Shown: positions 60,961 to 74,708 of the stretch, piece after piece
Layout of the letters: the number at the start of each line of letters is the position of its first letter
How positions within the stretch are numbered: position 1 is the first letter of the stretch
Origin: Octopus vulgaris
Taxonomy: Eukaryota
DNA: 248,000 nt
Direction: 5' to 3'
NCBI GenBank assembly: GCA_951406725.2
Contig: OX597817.1
Location: 117,820,001-118,068,000 of the forward strand
Position numbers and translations under genes: made by a program
The notes under the pieces: generated by a model
Seen by the model: the letters and a program-made list of their open reading frames with translations, nothing else
Told to the model about the DNA's origin: nothing
Database searches by the model: none

Positions 60961-63900
60961 TTATTATTATGGTTGTTGTTGATACGCCAGGGTGTGCTAC
61001 ATTTATTGGTAATTATTCTATTTTGGTTTTACGTGAAAACATGTCTCCTCCAATCTCAAGATTCTACCTCAGGATTCTTGTAGAATATAGGAGAGTACTT
61101 TCCTGCAGGTCTGCAACCCGAGTTATAGTTTCAATTTCTTTCAGGATTTTAGGTAGTATTCAAACTCATTTTGTGCTATTATACTGCACTCATTCAAAAG
61201 GTGATCGATACATTTGTTTTCTTTCCAGCAGATTCTGCGTTTGTTGTGCGAGTGACCTCGGTGGGGAATATTCTAATAATTAAGTTACTGAACCCGGCAT
61301 ACTTATAAAAAGAGAGCAGCAGTAAAATACTAAAGGCAGTAAGAGTCCTATGAATCTGTGACATGCACTTTATCTATTCTATATATGAGTACAGGAGCAA
61401 GAACTGCATATAAAAACACACGGTAAAAGTTGAAATAGCTAAATTATGCGAAATGAAGTCGAACGCCAGCTGTAATGTAAATATATTTCAAGTTATGTAA
61501 ACATGATTGCTTTGATAGGGTAGGAGCTTGTAGAAATATCGTTTAAATTCCCTCAAAATATATGGTTTTATTTTCAAAATTAAAAAAAAAAAAAAACGTA
61601 TCCTAGATTTCCAAAAGGAGAGAAAATCAAAGAATGTCTTTAGTCATAGACCAGCTCTATCGTGTATGTTCTGGTGAATGTATTCCTAAACAGCAACATG
61701 TGAAAAAGCAGGTCTGAAAGAAATAGTCTCAAGGTAAAATATATAAATTCGTGGAATATTATTATTCAAGGAAATAATCTATATAAAGAAATTAAAATTT
61801 GTATAACAACGTTTGTGAAAAGAAATGCACCATTATATCTTTATAAAATTATGAACGGGCCAAATAGTACAGTAATATTAGCCGAATTATCAGGATTTGT
61901 AACGAATTTTGAGGAAGATAAAGTAAACATTTTAGCAACTGTCTAAGAATATTGAAATAATTTTGAATTCTTACAAAGAGAGAAACAGGCATAACACTGA
62001 AAAATTATTGATGTTGTCAGTAATATTCCCAATTATATTCTGAAAACATCTACATTTCCTTCGGGTTATATCTTACGATTTGAGTAAAGGACTCATTACA
62101 CAATGTAGTATAGTATGGTAGTTCACTGCTAAAACACAGTTGGGCAATGGTTTGCTTAATTATGTGTGACTTGAAATTAAACAGCAGCAGCAAAAGAAGC
62201 ATCAATATTTCTGATTTGTATAAAAATTATAGTTCAAAAATTTAAAGAGGCAGCCTTATATATTCATATAACGTGTTTGTGTGTGTGTGTGTGTAACTGA
62301 GAGAGAGAGAGAGAGAAAGGGAGAAAGAGTCGGTTTGGGAGGTTGAAAAATGCACCTGAATTTACTTTTGACAAATTTTTGTGTTTCAATGGTAAATAAA
62401 AGAAGTTTAGGGGAGATTGAATATACAAGGAAAACCTCCGAAAAAAATTATGTTTAAACGATCAAAAATTTATACAAATTCCAATATTTATTACGTTTCA
62501 CAGAGCTAGATAGAAATAACTGTTCAGATGTTCGATGACTTTCATAACAACCATAAATGACTGAAAGTTCATTCACATTGAGTTTTATTGCTAATTAATT
62601 TTGTAGTGCATGAAGGCGGTTTCTTTGTCACAGGTTTTGCTTGTAAGTGTTTCAGCAGTTGTAAGCTGAAATTACTTAGTATAAGTAGGTTTTAAGAGTT
62701 TCAAAATCTGACTAATTGTAAACTGAATGACGTCACTTGTTTTTGTTCTCCTGTGGTCTAGGATATTGACTGGGTGGCTGCCTGAATATGTCACTCATTA
62801 TTCGGATGTTTGATAATAGTCTAGCGTTCTGCTTGAATTCCTGGTCACGTCATTTGTTAATCGATTGTTTTAATCACTTGGTTTTGGCCAAGACAGATCC
62901 AGTGCTCTCATTCATTGGTGTACTGCATACGCTATTTGTTTTTGTTAAAAGTCTTGCTAAGTTGCTTTTATGTCACTGTCTTTCTGCGTTCCGGCTAGTC
63001 GATTACTTTGAGAAGCTACTGGACTCGGTTACCACAACGATTTTTTCTTGAGTGTCTGGGTATAATAGAAAATAAAATCTAATTGATTAAGCCTGGAGCC
63101 TGAGAAGGTGCAATGTATTACTATACAGCAGTTTGGAGTTAGGGTTTCGAATCGCGGGCGCCGCCGGCTACATAAACATTTGTTTTATATCTGTTGTTTA
63201 TAGAGGTTTTTTTGTGAATAAATTAAGTTTTCCTATACTAGTGTTTTGTTATACAGTATTTAGTAATGATTTACATCACTTACTAAACATATTTTTTCGT
63301 ATTCAATCGAAAATGCGCTGAAGTATTTCCTGTGCATTAAAACAGAGGGAAAAGTTCGTGTTTTGGGTATTTGCTTGCGGGCAAAAATTTTGGAGTTTAC
63401 TTACTGCAACATTCATAGATATGCGGTCCCGAATCTGTTGCCTGTGTACCATATTTCTGTCCATCAAATCTAATACAATCATTTGAAAGTGTATTACTGT
63501 TGAAAATGAATATATCGTTGAAACTGGTTTGGTACTTTGATAAATCTTTTAGAATACTTAAAAACTACAACACGTTTTAAGGTTCAGGTACGTTTTCAAC
63601 CCCCAGAACCAACTTTCTCCCTCTATCTCTCTCAGTTTTTCTATCTATCTCTCTATGTATATATATGTGTGCGTGTGTTTGCGTGAACATATATGTGTGC
63701 CAATGTCTGTGTGTGTATTGCAGTTATCAAAGAAATTACCACATACCAAAATGATATATTTATTTTACTCCTTGTACTTGAATGAATAACATATACTCAG
63801 ATTGCCTGCGTACAGACATATCGTTCATATTTGTAATGTACACGTAAATAGTACTTCTTATCCTTTATATATTTACACGTATACATAATCGGAAATAAAA

Positions 63901-64041
63901 GCACTTCTGAGGGCAATATAAATCTGCATTACTCTGTATTCTTTACATTCAGGGAAAATATTCTCACCTGCTTCTATTTAATCTGTTACCAGATTTGATT
64001 TAGCAAACAATTATTGCTCTACAAAATTTATTTTGATTCTG

Positions 64042-64079
<38 letters not shown>

Positions 64080-64366
64080 AATATACATGGAAGACTGCAG
64101 GTCATATATCTCACAGTTGCAATTTGCTCCCGGCATTTTGCCTGACACGTCAGTTTTGTTACAACTGATATCTGGGCAAGAGTTATTCATTTATACAAAA
64201 TGTTAGAAATTTATATTTAGATAAGGATTATTTTCACCAAATAATGATAATTTCCAAAAGGTTTCAAGCAAAATAATATAAAGCAGCATCTGTACTTATG
64301 TTTACGTTCGTGGTTGTGGTAAGAAGCTACATACATTAGATTCATACATTCGTATATGTACAAATC

Positions 64367-64410
<44 letters not shown>

Positions 64411-66327
64411 TTTATATAGACATACACTCATATACATATGTAGGTATATTTTGTATGTATATAATCACAAACATACATATAAATAGTATAAACTACTTGG
64501 CAATGTTTCACCAAAACAAGATAATCATAATTTTCACTAAATGTGACTAGGCTGTTACTAAACACTTACATTGCTAAAAAAAGACCTAAACCACTGTAAC
64601 GAGGTAGTCAGCGCACATTATGGAAACATATTCACTAACGGGGACCATAATCGTCCGAAAAATGCCGATCGTGAATTCTTAATACTGAGGCCAATTTCGA
64701 CAATTTCCGTTATTTCATCTGCTAAGGCCGCTCGATTTTTCGGCTATTTTCGAACTAGCTTCGCCCTGAATATTTATGTTTTCGTTATCCAAATTAAAAG
64801 ATGATTTAGCGATTCGCTAATGTGTATATATAAAATTAATATAAACAGCAGTTTGCAATGTTTCACCCAAAATGAGAATTATAATTGTCATTAAATGGGA
64901 CTAGTGTGTTCGGAAATATGTATATATATATATATATATATACATACATACATGCGTATAATAAGGGACTTCCAATATGCTAGAAGAATATGCTAAGCGG
65001 ACATCTAATATGCTAGAAGAAGATCATCTACGATCTAACTACAAAGAAAAGAATATTCTCTAGAGAATACCAGAACAAAAGGGGGTAAGACTGATGAAAA
65101 TATACAAAATACAGAATCAATCGTAAACACAAATAGAACTGATAGTGTAAATTTTGTAATTATATCTAATGATAATTTCCCTGAACTAGATTTTGATACG
65201 TTAGATAAAGTTAATTCCGACTGTGAAATTGACAATACCTTGAAGATATTTAGTAATAATTCTGCCTTATCACCTATCTTCGGATGTTAATTGTACTGAG
65301 ATTTTGTACATTTTTCTATATATAAATATGCTGGCACACAATGGAAACGATCGTCACTAATGCATGGTGTAATCATCAAGTGAAGATGTAATATTTTCCC
65401 TCCTTCCCGTTCTTGTTATATATACGTATATATGTATATGCAATTAGGACACGTGCAAATGCCATGCAATGGAAAAAAATAAGAAGTCTTGTTTAAGAAA
65501 GGATGATAGGATGATTTGCATTTTTATAGCATTCATAAGTTAGTTTTGTTTAACTATTCTTGACGTTCGTCTACATTCAGTTCCTCATCTTTCGCCGCTT
65601 GTTTCTCCCTTCTTTCTTCACCTCTCCCCACTCTGTCTCTCTCATTCTTAAGCCACCTCCCATTCACCTTACCTTACTAACTAATGTATAACGAATGAAT
65701 ATATAGATCGCAAAATAAGACCGATAGCTAAAGTTGTTGATCCAATATTGGCCAGAACGAGCAGGGCTTTGGCGTAATTTATTCCATCCTTTGATAACAT
65801 ATGTATCTTATCATAATGCACCTGGTGCACGCTGACGCGTTCGCAATTTCTGAGACGGTATGGTGTTATTTCACAGGTATTTGAATGTCAAATGCACGTG
65901 CTCCAACAACCGTGAAGATACTTCCTTGTTAGCTACAGAGAATGATTTTATTGATGTTCATGTCATTGTCCTTGTTATTGTTGCAGTTATTGCTGCTGTT
66001 GTTGATTCCCTATCAATCTATGAAATGAAGGAGTTAATCTCCGTGGCTACAAATTTCAAACGGAATATATACTTCTGTGCTAATCAGTGACCATTTCCTG
66101 ACATTCCTAACCACATCAATAATATACTACACCTGTGCGATTGCGCGTGAATCCACAAGAACCCGATGAGAGCAAATGAATATAATCTATACGCTATAAA
66201 ACTTGTTTATGGAGACACGTACACACGGAAGTTATATTAATTTCAAAGTAATATATTTGGAATATTAAATGCTAAATACACATTACTTGAAGTATGTAGA
66301 TGACATATACAGGAAAACATTTACTAT

Positions 66328-66370
<43 letters not shown>

Positions 66371-66458
66371 AGGAAAAATTTTTTTAAAAATGCAGAATGC
66401 TCAAATGAAAGAAAATTTTAATAAAATGAGAAAATGATAAAATATATAAATATATATT

Positions 66459-66499
66459 TATTCAACCGGTTTTCGTCATTGTATGACTTGTCAAGAATA
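66459..66499 (-). ncRNA. Candidate HHR (U3:A8) in 3' pLTR
   Basis: TATTC-TTGACAA-GTCA(TACAA)TGAC-GAAA-ACCGG-TT-GAATA. Confidence 0.55.
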
Positions 66500-67133
66500 T
66501 TTATGTTTTAAGAAGTTTTTTTAAAAATTAGAAAGGGGAAAAAAAGAAAATTGCATTGTTTTTTGTAAAAGAATAATGATAAAAATGTACAAAAATTAAA
66601 AAATAAGTTCTCCGATACATTGTGAGTTCGTTGTGTATCTTGAGTTTTTATGGTTGTTTACCAAAAAATTACATTGAGGTGTTAAGATCCAAAGGGATTA
66701 AGAGCATGTGATGTGTTGTGTTGTTAAATTCAGCATGTTGCAGGACAGGAAGTAGTAGTAATTGTGGTCCTGGTTCTTCAGTTCCTGTGTTGTGAGTAAG
66801 GGGAGACAACTCTTTTGAGTTCTTCAATAAAACCCAAAATTATAAAACTATCATTTTAGCTTCATTTGCATTATCTTTTTTATATAATTGCTTGTAAACT
66901 TAACTTTCAGATTTTAACACTTTATTTATATTATTTTCTAATAATATAAATCTGCATAGACAATTGCATTTCAAATTGTCATATCATTTATAATAAAAAT
67001 GATAGTAATAACAACAATAGTAAAAATGATATTTAAAGAATATAAGTTTTAGCTTGAAGTGATGAATGCATGGTATCTTTATATATTTGTGTTAGTCCAT
67101 CCATGAAGAGTGAGGTAGAGAAAGGAAGTTTGA

Positions 67134-70100
67134 TCAACGAGGAGTTTGCATATTAAGTTGTGTTTGGAATTTTTCAATAAAGGGATTCTCCTTGTTAATT
67201 CTCTCCTGTGTGGTGATCCCGTCTTTACATTGGTAGAAGGGGAATATATAGAATTTGGGGTTTAAGTCTTTAGCACATGAGTCTAAGTGGTCACTCAGTG
67301 GAATTTGTCGGTATTCCGGGAGGTTTATTTGTTCTTTATGCACCGTTACTCGTTTACGTAACGGGAGACTCGTTTGTCCAACATAATTATGTTGGCAACC
67401 AGCGCATGTGAGAACGTAGATAAGGTTCTCGGAGGAACAGGAGAAGTTAGTCTTGATTTTAAACTTCGTACCTTGTTTGAAGGTAAATTCAGAGCCTTCA
67501 AGTAGAAAGGGGCAGGTACCACAGTTTGAGCGTGCACATTTTTTTACTGTTGGGGGTGGATGTGGTGTGTGAAGTTTGGCATTTGTCAAGAGTTTTTTTA
67601 AAGATTTGTGTTGCCTTTTGCATTTGAGGATTTTGTGTGTATTTATAATGTTTTTCATTTTTGGGTCTGTTGACAGTAGACTGAGGTTTTGTATGATTGT
67701 GGTGTATGCTTCGATATTTTTGGGGTTGTGGGTGGAAATGTATGGAAGTATTTTGAGGTTGTGTGTGGTGTTAGGTTGGGTGGTTTTCAGTGTAGTGTTG
67801 TCTAGTTCTTTGGCGCGTTTTATTCCATACTCTATAAGGGTGGAGGGATATTGACGTTGTAATAGTGTTTTTTTGAGGTCTTGAAGGCGTATTTCTCGTG
67901 TTTTTGGATCCGAGACAATGGTGCATACCCTTTTAGCTAAATTGAAAGGGATATTTGTCTTGGTGTGTTTTGGGTGGCATGAACTAAAGAGGAGGTATTG
68001 TTGTGAGTCTGTAGGTTTGTGGTAGATGTCTGTTATGATTTGGTTCTTAGATGTTTTTATAATTAGGAGATCAAGGAATGGGAGATGATGTTTGCTTAAT
68101 TCCATAGTGAATTGGATGTTGGGATGTATGTTGTTTAGTATGGTTTTGAATTCCAGGAGTTTTCATAAGGTTCTTTCCATATGATGAATCAATCATCTAA
68201 ATACCTTTTCCAGTTTTCCATTAGGTAGGTGTGGAAAACATGTCCAAATTTCTGGCTTGATATTTCATAGAGTGACAGTTCGAAGTAACCCATTATGAGG
68301 TTCGCAAGGACTGGTGCAGCCTTGGTACCCATCGCAATGCCACATTTTTGACGGTAGTGTGTGTCGTCGAAGAGAAAAAAATTGTTTGTCAGAATGAACT
68401 TAAGAGATTCTGTAATAAAAGACTTGTTAATGCGGTCAGGGAATGTCTCTGGGTGTTTTTCTAGCCAGAAGTCAATTGCCTCTATACCATACTCATGTGG
68501 AATGTTGGTGTAGAGGTTGATGACATCAAAGGATACCAGGAGTGCCTCCTCGTTAACTGTTTTCGGGAGGTGTTTGAGCATGTCCAGATCATCCCTAATG
68601 AAACTTTTGATGTGGGTAAGGAAAGGTTTCAAAAGGATGTCTAGGAAGTTACTCAGGCGGTGTGTTTCACAGGAGGTACCAGCCACGATGGGCCTTAGTT
68701 TTAGGTCCTCCGGTGCTTTGATGTTGATGTGGATGTCAGTGGAGAGTTTGCAGGATTCGGTGATGTATTTGTTTTTATGGATTTTAGGAAGGCCATAAAA
68801 AAGGCTGGGCTTGCATTTGAAAATGGTGATATAATCCCTTTCTTTTTCTGTGAGTCCCTGACCGTGTTGGCGTATGAGTGTGGTGAGGTTTCTGATTGTT
68901 TTTTGCTGTTTGTAGTTGTTAATAACCTCATAGAAAATGTTATTGTTAAGCATGGAGAACACTAGGTGTTTATAAAATTCCGTGTCCATAAGGACCACAG
69001 CACTCCCTTTGTCCGCTTCTTTGATGGTGAGGTTTTTATCCAGTTGTATGTCACGTAGGTTTTCCCATTCTTCCTTACTGAAATTGGATTTTACCTTGGT
69101 TTTGCTTGGGGTAAAGGGGAGACTCTGGATGTGTTTACAGAAATCGTCCAGTGTTTTATTTCTCCCTTTTGGTGGTAGGAAGTTGCTTTTATTTCTGATC
69201 AATGAATCGTCCCCATTGTTGATATCTGTCAAAGCTTCTGTTAGGCGAAGTTTTCTGCAGAATTCAGAAACGTCATCCTTGACCTCCGGGGGTTGGGTGT
69301 TCTTGGGGTGGGTGTGAATTTCAAACCTCTTGCTAGGATGTTGATTTGGGTTGGTGTCAGTGTTTTGCTGGAGAGGTTTATAATTTTTGTTTTCTTATTT
69401 TGGGTTTGTGTTAGCGGTGGTGTTTGTATTTTTCCCCTCTGTCTAAAAAATGGTTGTTGAGGTAAGGGGTGTATTCTTTGTAAAAGTTCTGGTTGTATGT
69501 GTAGGAGTGTTTTTGGGTGGGGAGGTTGGAGGGGGTAGGTAGTTGTCGTATTTGTGTTGGTATGGGATGCGATGGTGTAAGGATTTGTGAGAAATGCGAT
69601 GGGTTTGTGGGTGTGTGTCTGGTAGATTGTATGGGGGATGTAGGGGGGTATGTAGTTGTGGTGATTGGGTTCGTGTGGGATGTGAGGGTTTGGAGATCTG
69701 TAGGAGATGTGGTAGGAATGTGGTTGTTGGATGGGTGGACTATAGGGGGTTCGTTGGGTGGGTCTTATATGTATCGGTGTGGGTAGGATGCCTTGTTTGT
69801 TATTAGTGTGAGGGAGGGGAGCCTTGAGGGGGGGATAATTTCTAGTGTATGGGAGGTTCTTGAAGGTTCTAATCGGTGGGGGAGGGGTGTTAGAGTGATT
69901 GGAAAACCAGGTTTTGTGGTGGGTCTTGTTTGAGATGTTTCGGGGGGGAAAAGGTTTTTTATATGGTAGGTGGAGGTTGTGTCCTGTTAGGAGGGGGTTT
70001 GGAGAGTATGTGTATTTGAGGTGCGGTTTGGAATGGTGTTTATGGGGTACAGTGGAAGTCTGTGTTGTGGGTACTTTTATGAATGGGTTTTTGGATTTAT

Positions 70101-70905
70101 GGTTTAATATGAATTGTGTTTCATAGTTGAGGAAGAAATCTTTGTTGTTTTCCCAGCGTTTGAGGGAGGTTCGTTCTTCCTTTTCACATTCATCTTTCCA
70201 TAGTTTAATAACAAGTTCGAGGGGCTGTTCGTTGGTGTGTGAGGTTAGTTCTAGAAGTATCTCATCGTCTATTTTTGTGTATTTTTGTTCGTGGTTTTGT
70301 GCTCTGAGTTTTAGAAGTTCTACTTCGGTTTTCATTTTTTCCAATGTTAGTTTTTCTCTTAGGGAGCGTTGTTTTTCAGGTTCGTCTGGGATGTGTTTGA
70401 TTTGGAATTTTCGGGGTAGTATGATAGGGGAGGAGTTTAACCATTTGTCGTAAATTTCAGCTTTGTTTTGGTTTTTGAGCATGTTCCAGAAGAGAAGTTT
70501 TCTGTTGTGTAGTTTCTTAGTCCAAGTAGTGATGATCTGGTTTTTAATGCGTTGTGCTGGGGTTGAAATGTGTTCCTTCTGTGTGTTGAGTGGTGTCTGA
70601 GGTCTCTTTGGCGTTGAATTGGTAAGTAGAGTTTTCAGTGTAGTGTTGATTTCATTTAGGTTTACATCTATCTTATCCGAAAGTAGAGTTTTCAGTGTAG
70701 TGTTGATTTCGTTTAGGTTTACATCAATTTTATCCGAAAGTTGTTGATGATGCTTGTTGTTTTCTGAGTTGTCCCGGGATTGAAGGAGGAGTTCGTCAAT
70801 TTTTTTGGAGAATGTAAGTAGATGTGTATTGAGTACTTTGAGTTCTTTTAGAATGGTCTTATTGGTGACTGTCTCTGTAAGAGTGCTCTTGTTTTTCGGA
70901 GGCAT
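67134..70905 (-). pseudogene. PLE polyprotein (~1250 aa reconstructed): coiled-coil and Pro/His-rich N-terminus, RT, Cys linker, GIY-YIG; one frameshift (~69290) and one TGA (68189-68191)
   Basis: ORFs 69241-70905, 68189-69232 and 67134-68105 are collinear. NLSSKTLT...RGLKFTPTP continues after the shift as ...FCRKLRL. RYLDD, CARSNCGTC and YVLTCAGCQHNYVGQT motifs are present. Confidence 0.88.
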
Positions 70906-71073
70906 TCTGAATCACACGTGTGGTAGAGGGTACAGATCAATAAATGGTGGGGTTGTGTTGACCGCACGTGGAGAAATGATAAGTAAGGAAAAATTTTTTT
71001 AAAAATTCAGAATGCTCAAATGAAAGAAAATTTTAATAAGATGAGAAAATGATAAAATATATAAATATATCTT

Positions 71074-71113
71074 TATTCAACCGGTGTTCGTCATTGTATG
71101 ACTTGTCAAGAAT
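71074..71113 (-). ncRNA. Candidate HHR in upstream pLTR, GAAA mutated to GAAC
   Basis: Same fold as 66459-66499 with one core substitution. Confidence 0.4.
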
Positions 71114-71423
71114 ATTTATGTTTTAAGAAGTTTTTTTAAAAATTAGAAAGGGGAAAAAAAGAAAATTGCATTGTTTTTTGTAAAAGAATGCTGAATTTAA
71201 CAACACAACACATCACATGCTCTTAATCCCTTTGGATCTTAACACCTCAAGGTAATTTTTTGGTAAACAACCATAAAACTCAAGATACACAACGAACTCA
71301 CAATGTATCGGAGAACTTATTTTTTAATTTTTGTACATTTTTATCATTATTCTTTTACAAAAAACAATGCAATTTTCTTTTTTTCCCCTTTCTAATTTTT
71401 AAAAAAACTTCTTAAAACATAAA

Positions 71424-71464
71424 TATTCTTGACAAGTCATACAATGACGAAAACCGGTTGAATA
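71424..71464 (+). ncRNA. Candidate HHR (U3:A8) in inverted pLTR segment
   Basis: TATTC-TTGACAA-GTCA(TACAA)TGAC-GAAA-ACCGG-TT-GAATA. Confidence 0.55.
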
Positions 71465-71595
71465 AATATATATTTATATATTTTATCATTTTCTCATTTT
71501 ATTAAAATTTTCTTTCATTTGAGCATTCTGCATTTAAAAAAAAATTTTTCCTTACTTATCATTCCTCCACGTGCGGTCAACACAACCCCACCATT

Positions 71596-71672
<77 letters not shown>

Positions 71673-71706
71673 CATACATATATATATATATATACATTTA
71701 TGCGCG

Positions 71707-71738
<32 letters not shown>

Positions 71739-73884
71739 GACTGATCCTGGAAGCATTCAGTCGGGAACCAATCTTCTTACTACACACCCACGAAACAAAT
71801 TTAAAATATTCAATTCACATACAAGAATCATATCCTTACAGTTCTAAATACCATTTTGGCAAAAATTGATGTTGCCTTCCTTCTGGAGTCGATATGTAGC
71901 CGTTGAGATGGATCGTCGATATAAACAAACCTATGGTACAAATACGAACGTATTTGTACTTAGAACGTTAAGAAACGGAACAAATGTACTGCCGATTCTA
72001 CGGATTAGATAATATTCATGCCCTATATAAAAAGGGTTTGCTGGCAAGTCAAAACATCTACATGCTCTGTAGATTTACTTGATATAGCAACAAAAATATC
72101 ACAAATTTTAGACTGCTGTAAAAGAAATGAAGGATATGATGCCACATATATTCAGTGCAGCTCAAAGAGATATGGTCTGCAAAACAGAAACAAAGAAGCA
72201 AATACGCAACACCACATACTGTAATCGCTGGTGCTCTTATATAGAGGTGTGAGACACATTTGGCGTCACTAATTTGGCATCGCAGATTCGAGCCTGACTT
72301 ACTGTTATTCAAAGTATATACGTTATTCTCGTTCCGTTTTTATCTTCTTGCATTAATCTTTATCTCTCTCCCACTTTCTCTCTCTCTATCTCTATCTATC
72401 TATCTATATAGATCTATCTATCCATCCTTCTTTATCTCAGTTGTGTGGAGGTACATTTCCCAGTGCGTGGATAGAAAAAATGACCGTCCATCATGTTCAA
72501 TATATCGCAATGCATTTCTCGCCCCTATATCTCTATATGTATATGTCTCTTTGTGCGTACATGGGTGTGTGCAAGTGCGTTTGTGTGCTTTTGTGTGATT
72601 TTTTGCGTGCGAGTATGTGTTTGTTTCCCTGAAGTACCAAAACGTGGCGTCGACAAAACAGGTTGCACGTCGAATTAGCCGTGGTATCATATACAAGTAT
72701 CATACTGGATAAAGATATTACCTTTCTTAGATAAAAATAATGCCCATATTTCACCGATAATTATATCTTGAGAAGCTAGGGTGAACATTTCGGCTTCACT
72801 ATTTGCTATTATTAAAAGTATTTGGTATTATTATGGTAGTGAGATAGTAGAATGGTTTGCACGTCCGAAAAATGCTTAGCATCATTTTCACATATCATAT
72901 GAAATGTAGCTAGAGATGTGTAGTTTACCTTTGAAATGATGTATAAACAGTAACTTTTTCGTCACTTTATTACTTCAAATTGTTTTGACAAGGCCTGCAG
73001 TTTTGAAGACTTTGTGGTAAATTAAACAGGATGAAGTATTTCCAAGACATTTTGCAATGAAATTGAAATGAAATGAATTAATCATTTTCGTGTCAAAATA
73101 TAGATGCAATCTGAAAGAATTTGGTGCTAATTGCAATATGTCAAAACATATATGGTGCTACAAATTTTTCTATATAACTCACAGTAATATTAGACGTATA
73201 CGACGTGTAGTAGAAAACCATTAAATGAGTTTAAATGTATAATGATGCAAAATCCATTGTGAAAAGATACAAAAATATCATATATTAAAGAAGAAATGAA
73301 TGAGCTACTATTTTGGGACTGAATATTACAGCAAAATCAATGACTTTAGTTTAGAAAGAACCAATATCGGACGGTGTATCCTACAAAAGCGATATGGAAT
73401 TTTGCGATCTAAAAATGGAACGCTTTTTCATATTACACTATATTACATTTTATATTCATTATTAATAATATATTGTTCTGAAACGGTTTCTATTTATTAA
73501 CGCTTTCTTGGAATATGGATTCAAAAATTAAAGGCCTATGAATTTTTCTGCTACAAATTTAACTTGAACTGTTCTGAATTGCAATAGAAATTGGTATTGT
73601 GAGAAATAGGTATCTTGGCATTGTATTATTCAATGATTCATATTTTCATTTAAAATTAATTTGAAGCTTCGAGGAAGTATATGGAAAACAAAAAAATGCA
73701 GCCATGATTTTTTATTGGACAATTTTGCCAAAATTGAATGCCACCGCATAGACAGAGAGACTTTAATACATATACGTTTACAAACAGAGGAAAATGACAT
73801 AGTCGTATATAGCAAAATATACACTTGCACACAGACAAACAGTATATATTTACGCACAATCACGCGCTTATACGTCTAAACACA

Positions 73885-73992
<108 letters not shown>

Positions 73993-74017
73993 TGTATATA
74001 TATAAATATATACACAC

Positions 74018-74093
<76 letters not shown>

Positions 74094-74109
74094 TAAAACA
74101 ACGAGGGTC

Positions 74110-74400
74110 CCGTTTCATATAGTCAACGGAATAGCTGGCTTGTGAAATCAACGTGCAAGTGGCTGAGAACTCCAAAGACACGTGTACTCTTCAAGTAGTT
74201 CTCAGGGAGATTCAACGTGACACAAAGTGTGACAAGGCCGGACCGTTGAAATACTGTTACTACTCACTTTTGCCAACTGCGTGGACTGGAGAAACGTGCA
74301 ATTAAGTGTTTTGCTCAAGGACACAACACGTCGCCGGGAGTTGAAATCACAACCTTACGATCGTGAGCCAAATGCCCTAACCACTAAGCCATGCGACGCA
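74110..74400 (-). mobile_element. tRNA-derived SINE with conserved gtgtccttgagcaaaacactt domain
   Basis: Minus-strand head gcatggcttagtggttagggc...gatttcaactccc (box A/B-like). Confidence 0.65.
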
Positions 74401-74672
74401 CACCATCATCAACATATCCACACATTACAGTCGCACACACATACACACGCATACATTCACACGTCAAAGTCACCAGCCTGTATCCACACGCACACATTTA
74501 CACACTCTCACATATCCAACGCACGCGCACCTTCGTTTTGTGATCACCAGTACTTTATTATCTTCCTTTCTTCCTAGCTCTCCTGTCTAACTTCTTACGT
74601 CCAACCAGTCGCCATGATTGACCGCTAAGTCCAACATATTTTTTATTACTGTCTGTTTATTTCCCCGTGTTC

Positions 74673-74708
74673 CTTTCTGTTGAAGAGTGTAGGCTCGAAA
74701 AGCAAAAT
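74673..74708 (+). ncRNA. Family D HHR-like motif (A6U), stem III degenerate
   Basis: CTTT-CTGTTGA-A-GAGT(GTAG)GCTC-GAAA. Confidence 0.3.

Larger units (their letters stand above)
66367..71598 (-). mobile_element. Near-full-length Penelope-like retroelement (Neptune-like) with direct pLTR (70936-71186) and inverted terminal segment (71187-71598)
   Basis: Long ORF region with RT and C-terminal GIY-YIG. 70983-71186 is a direct repeat of 66367-66570, and 71187-71598 is the reverse complement of 3'-UTR/pLTR sequence. Confidence 0.93.

Noticed and set aside
67576-70453. Plus-strand ORFs antisense to the PLE polyprotein
   Set aside because: Antisense shadows caused by strong codon and strand bias.
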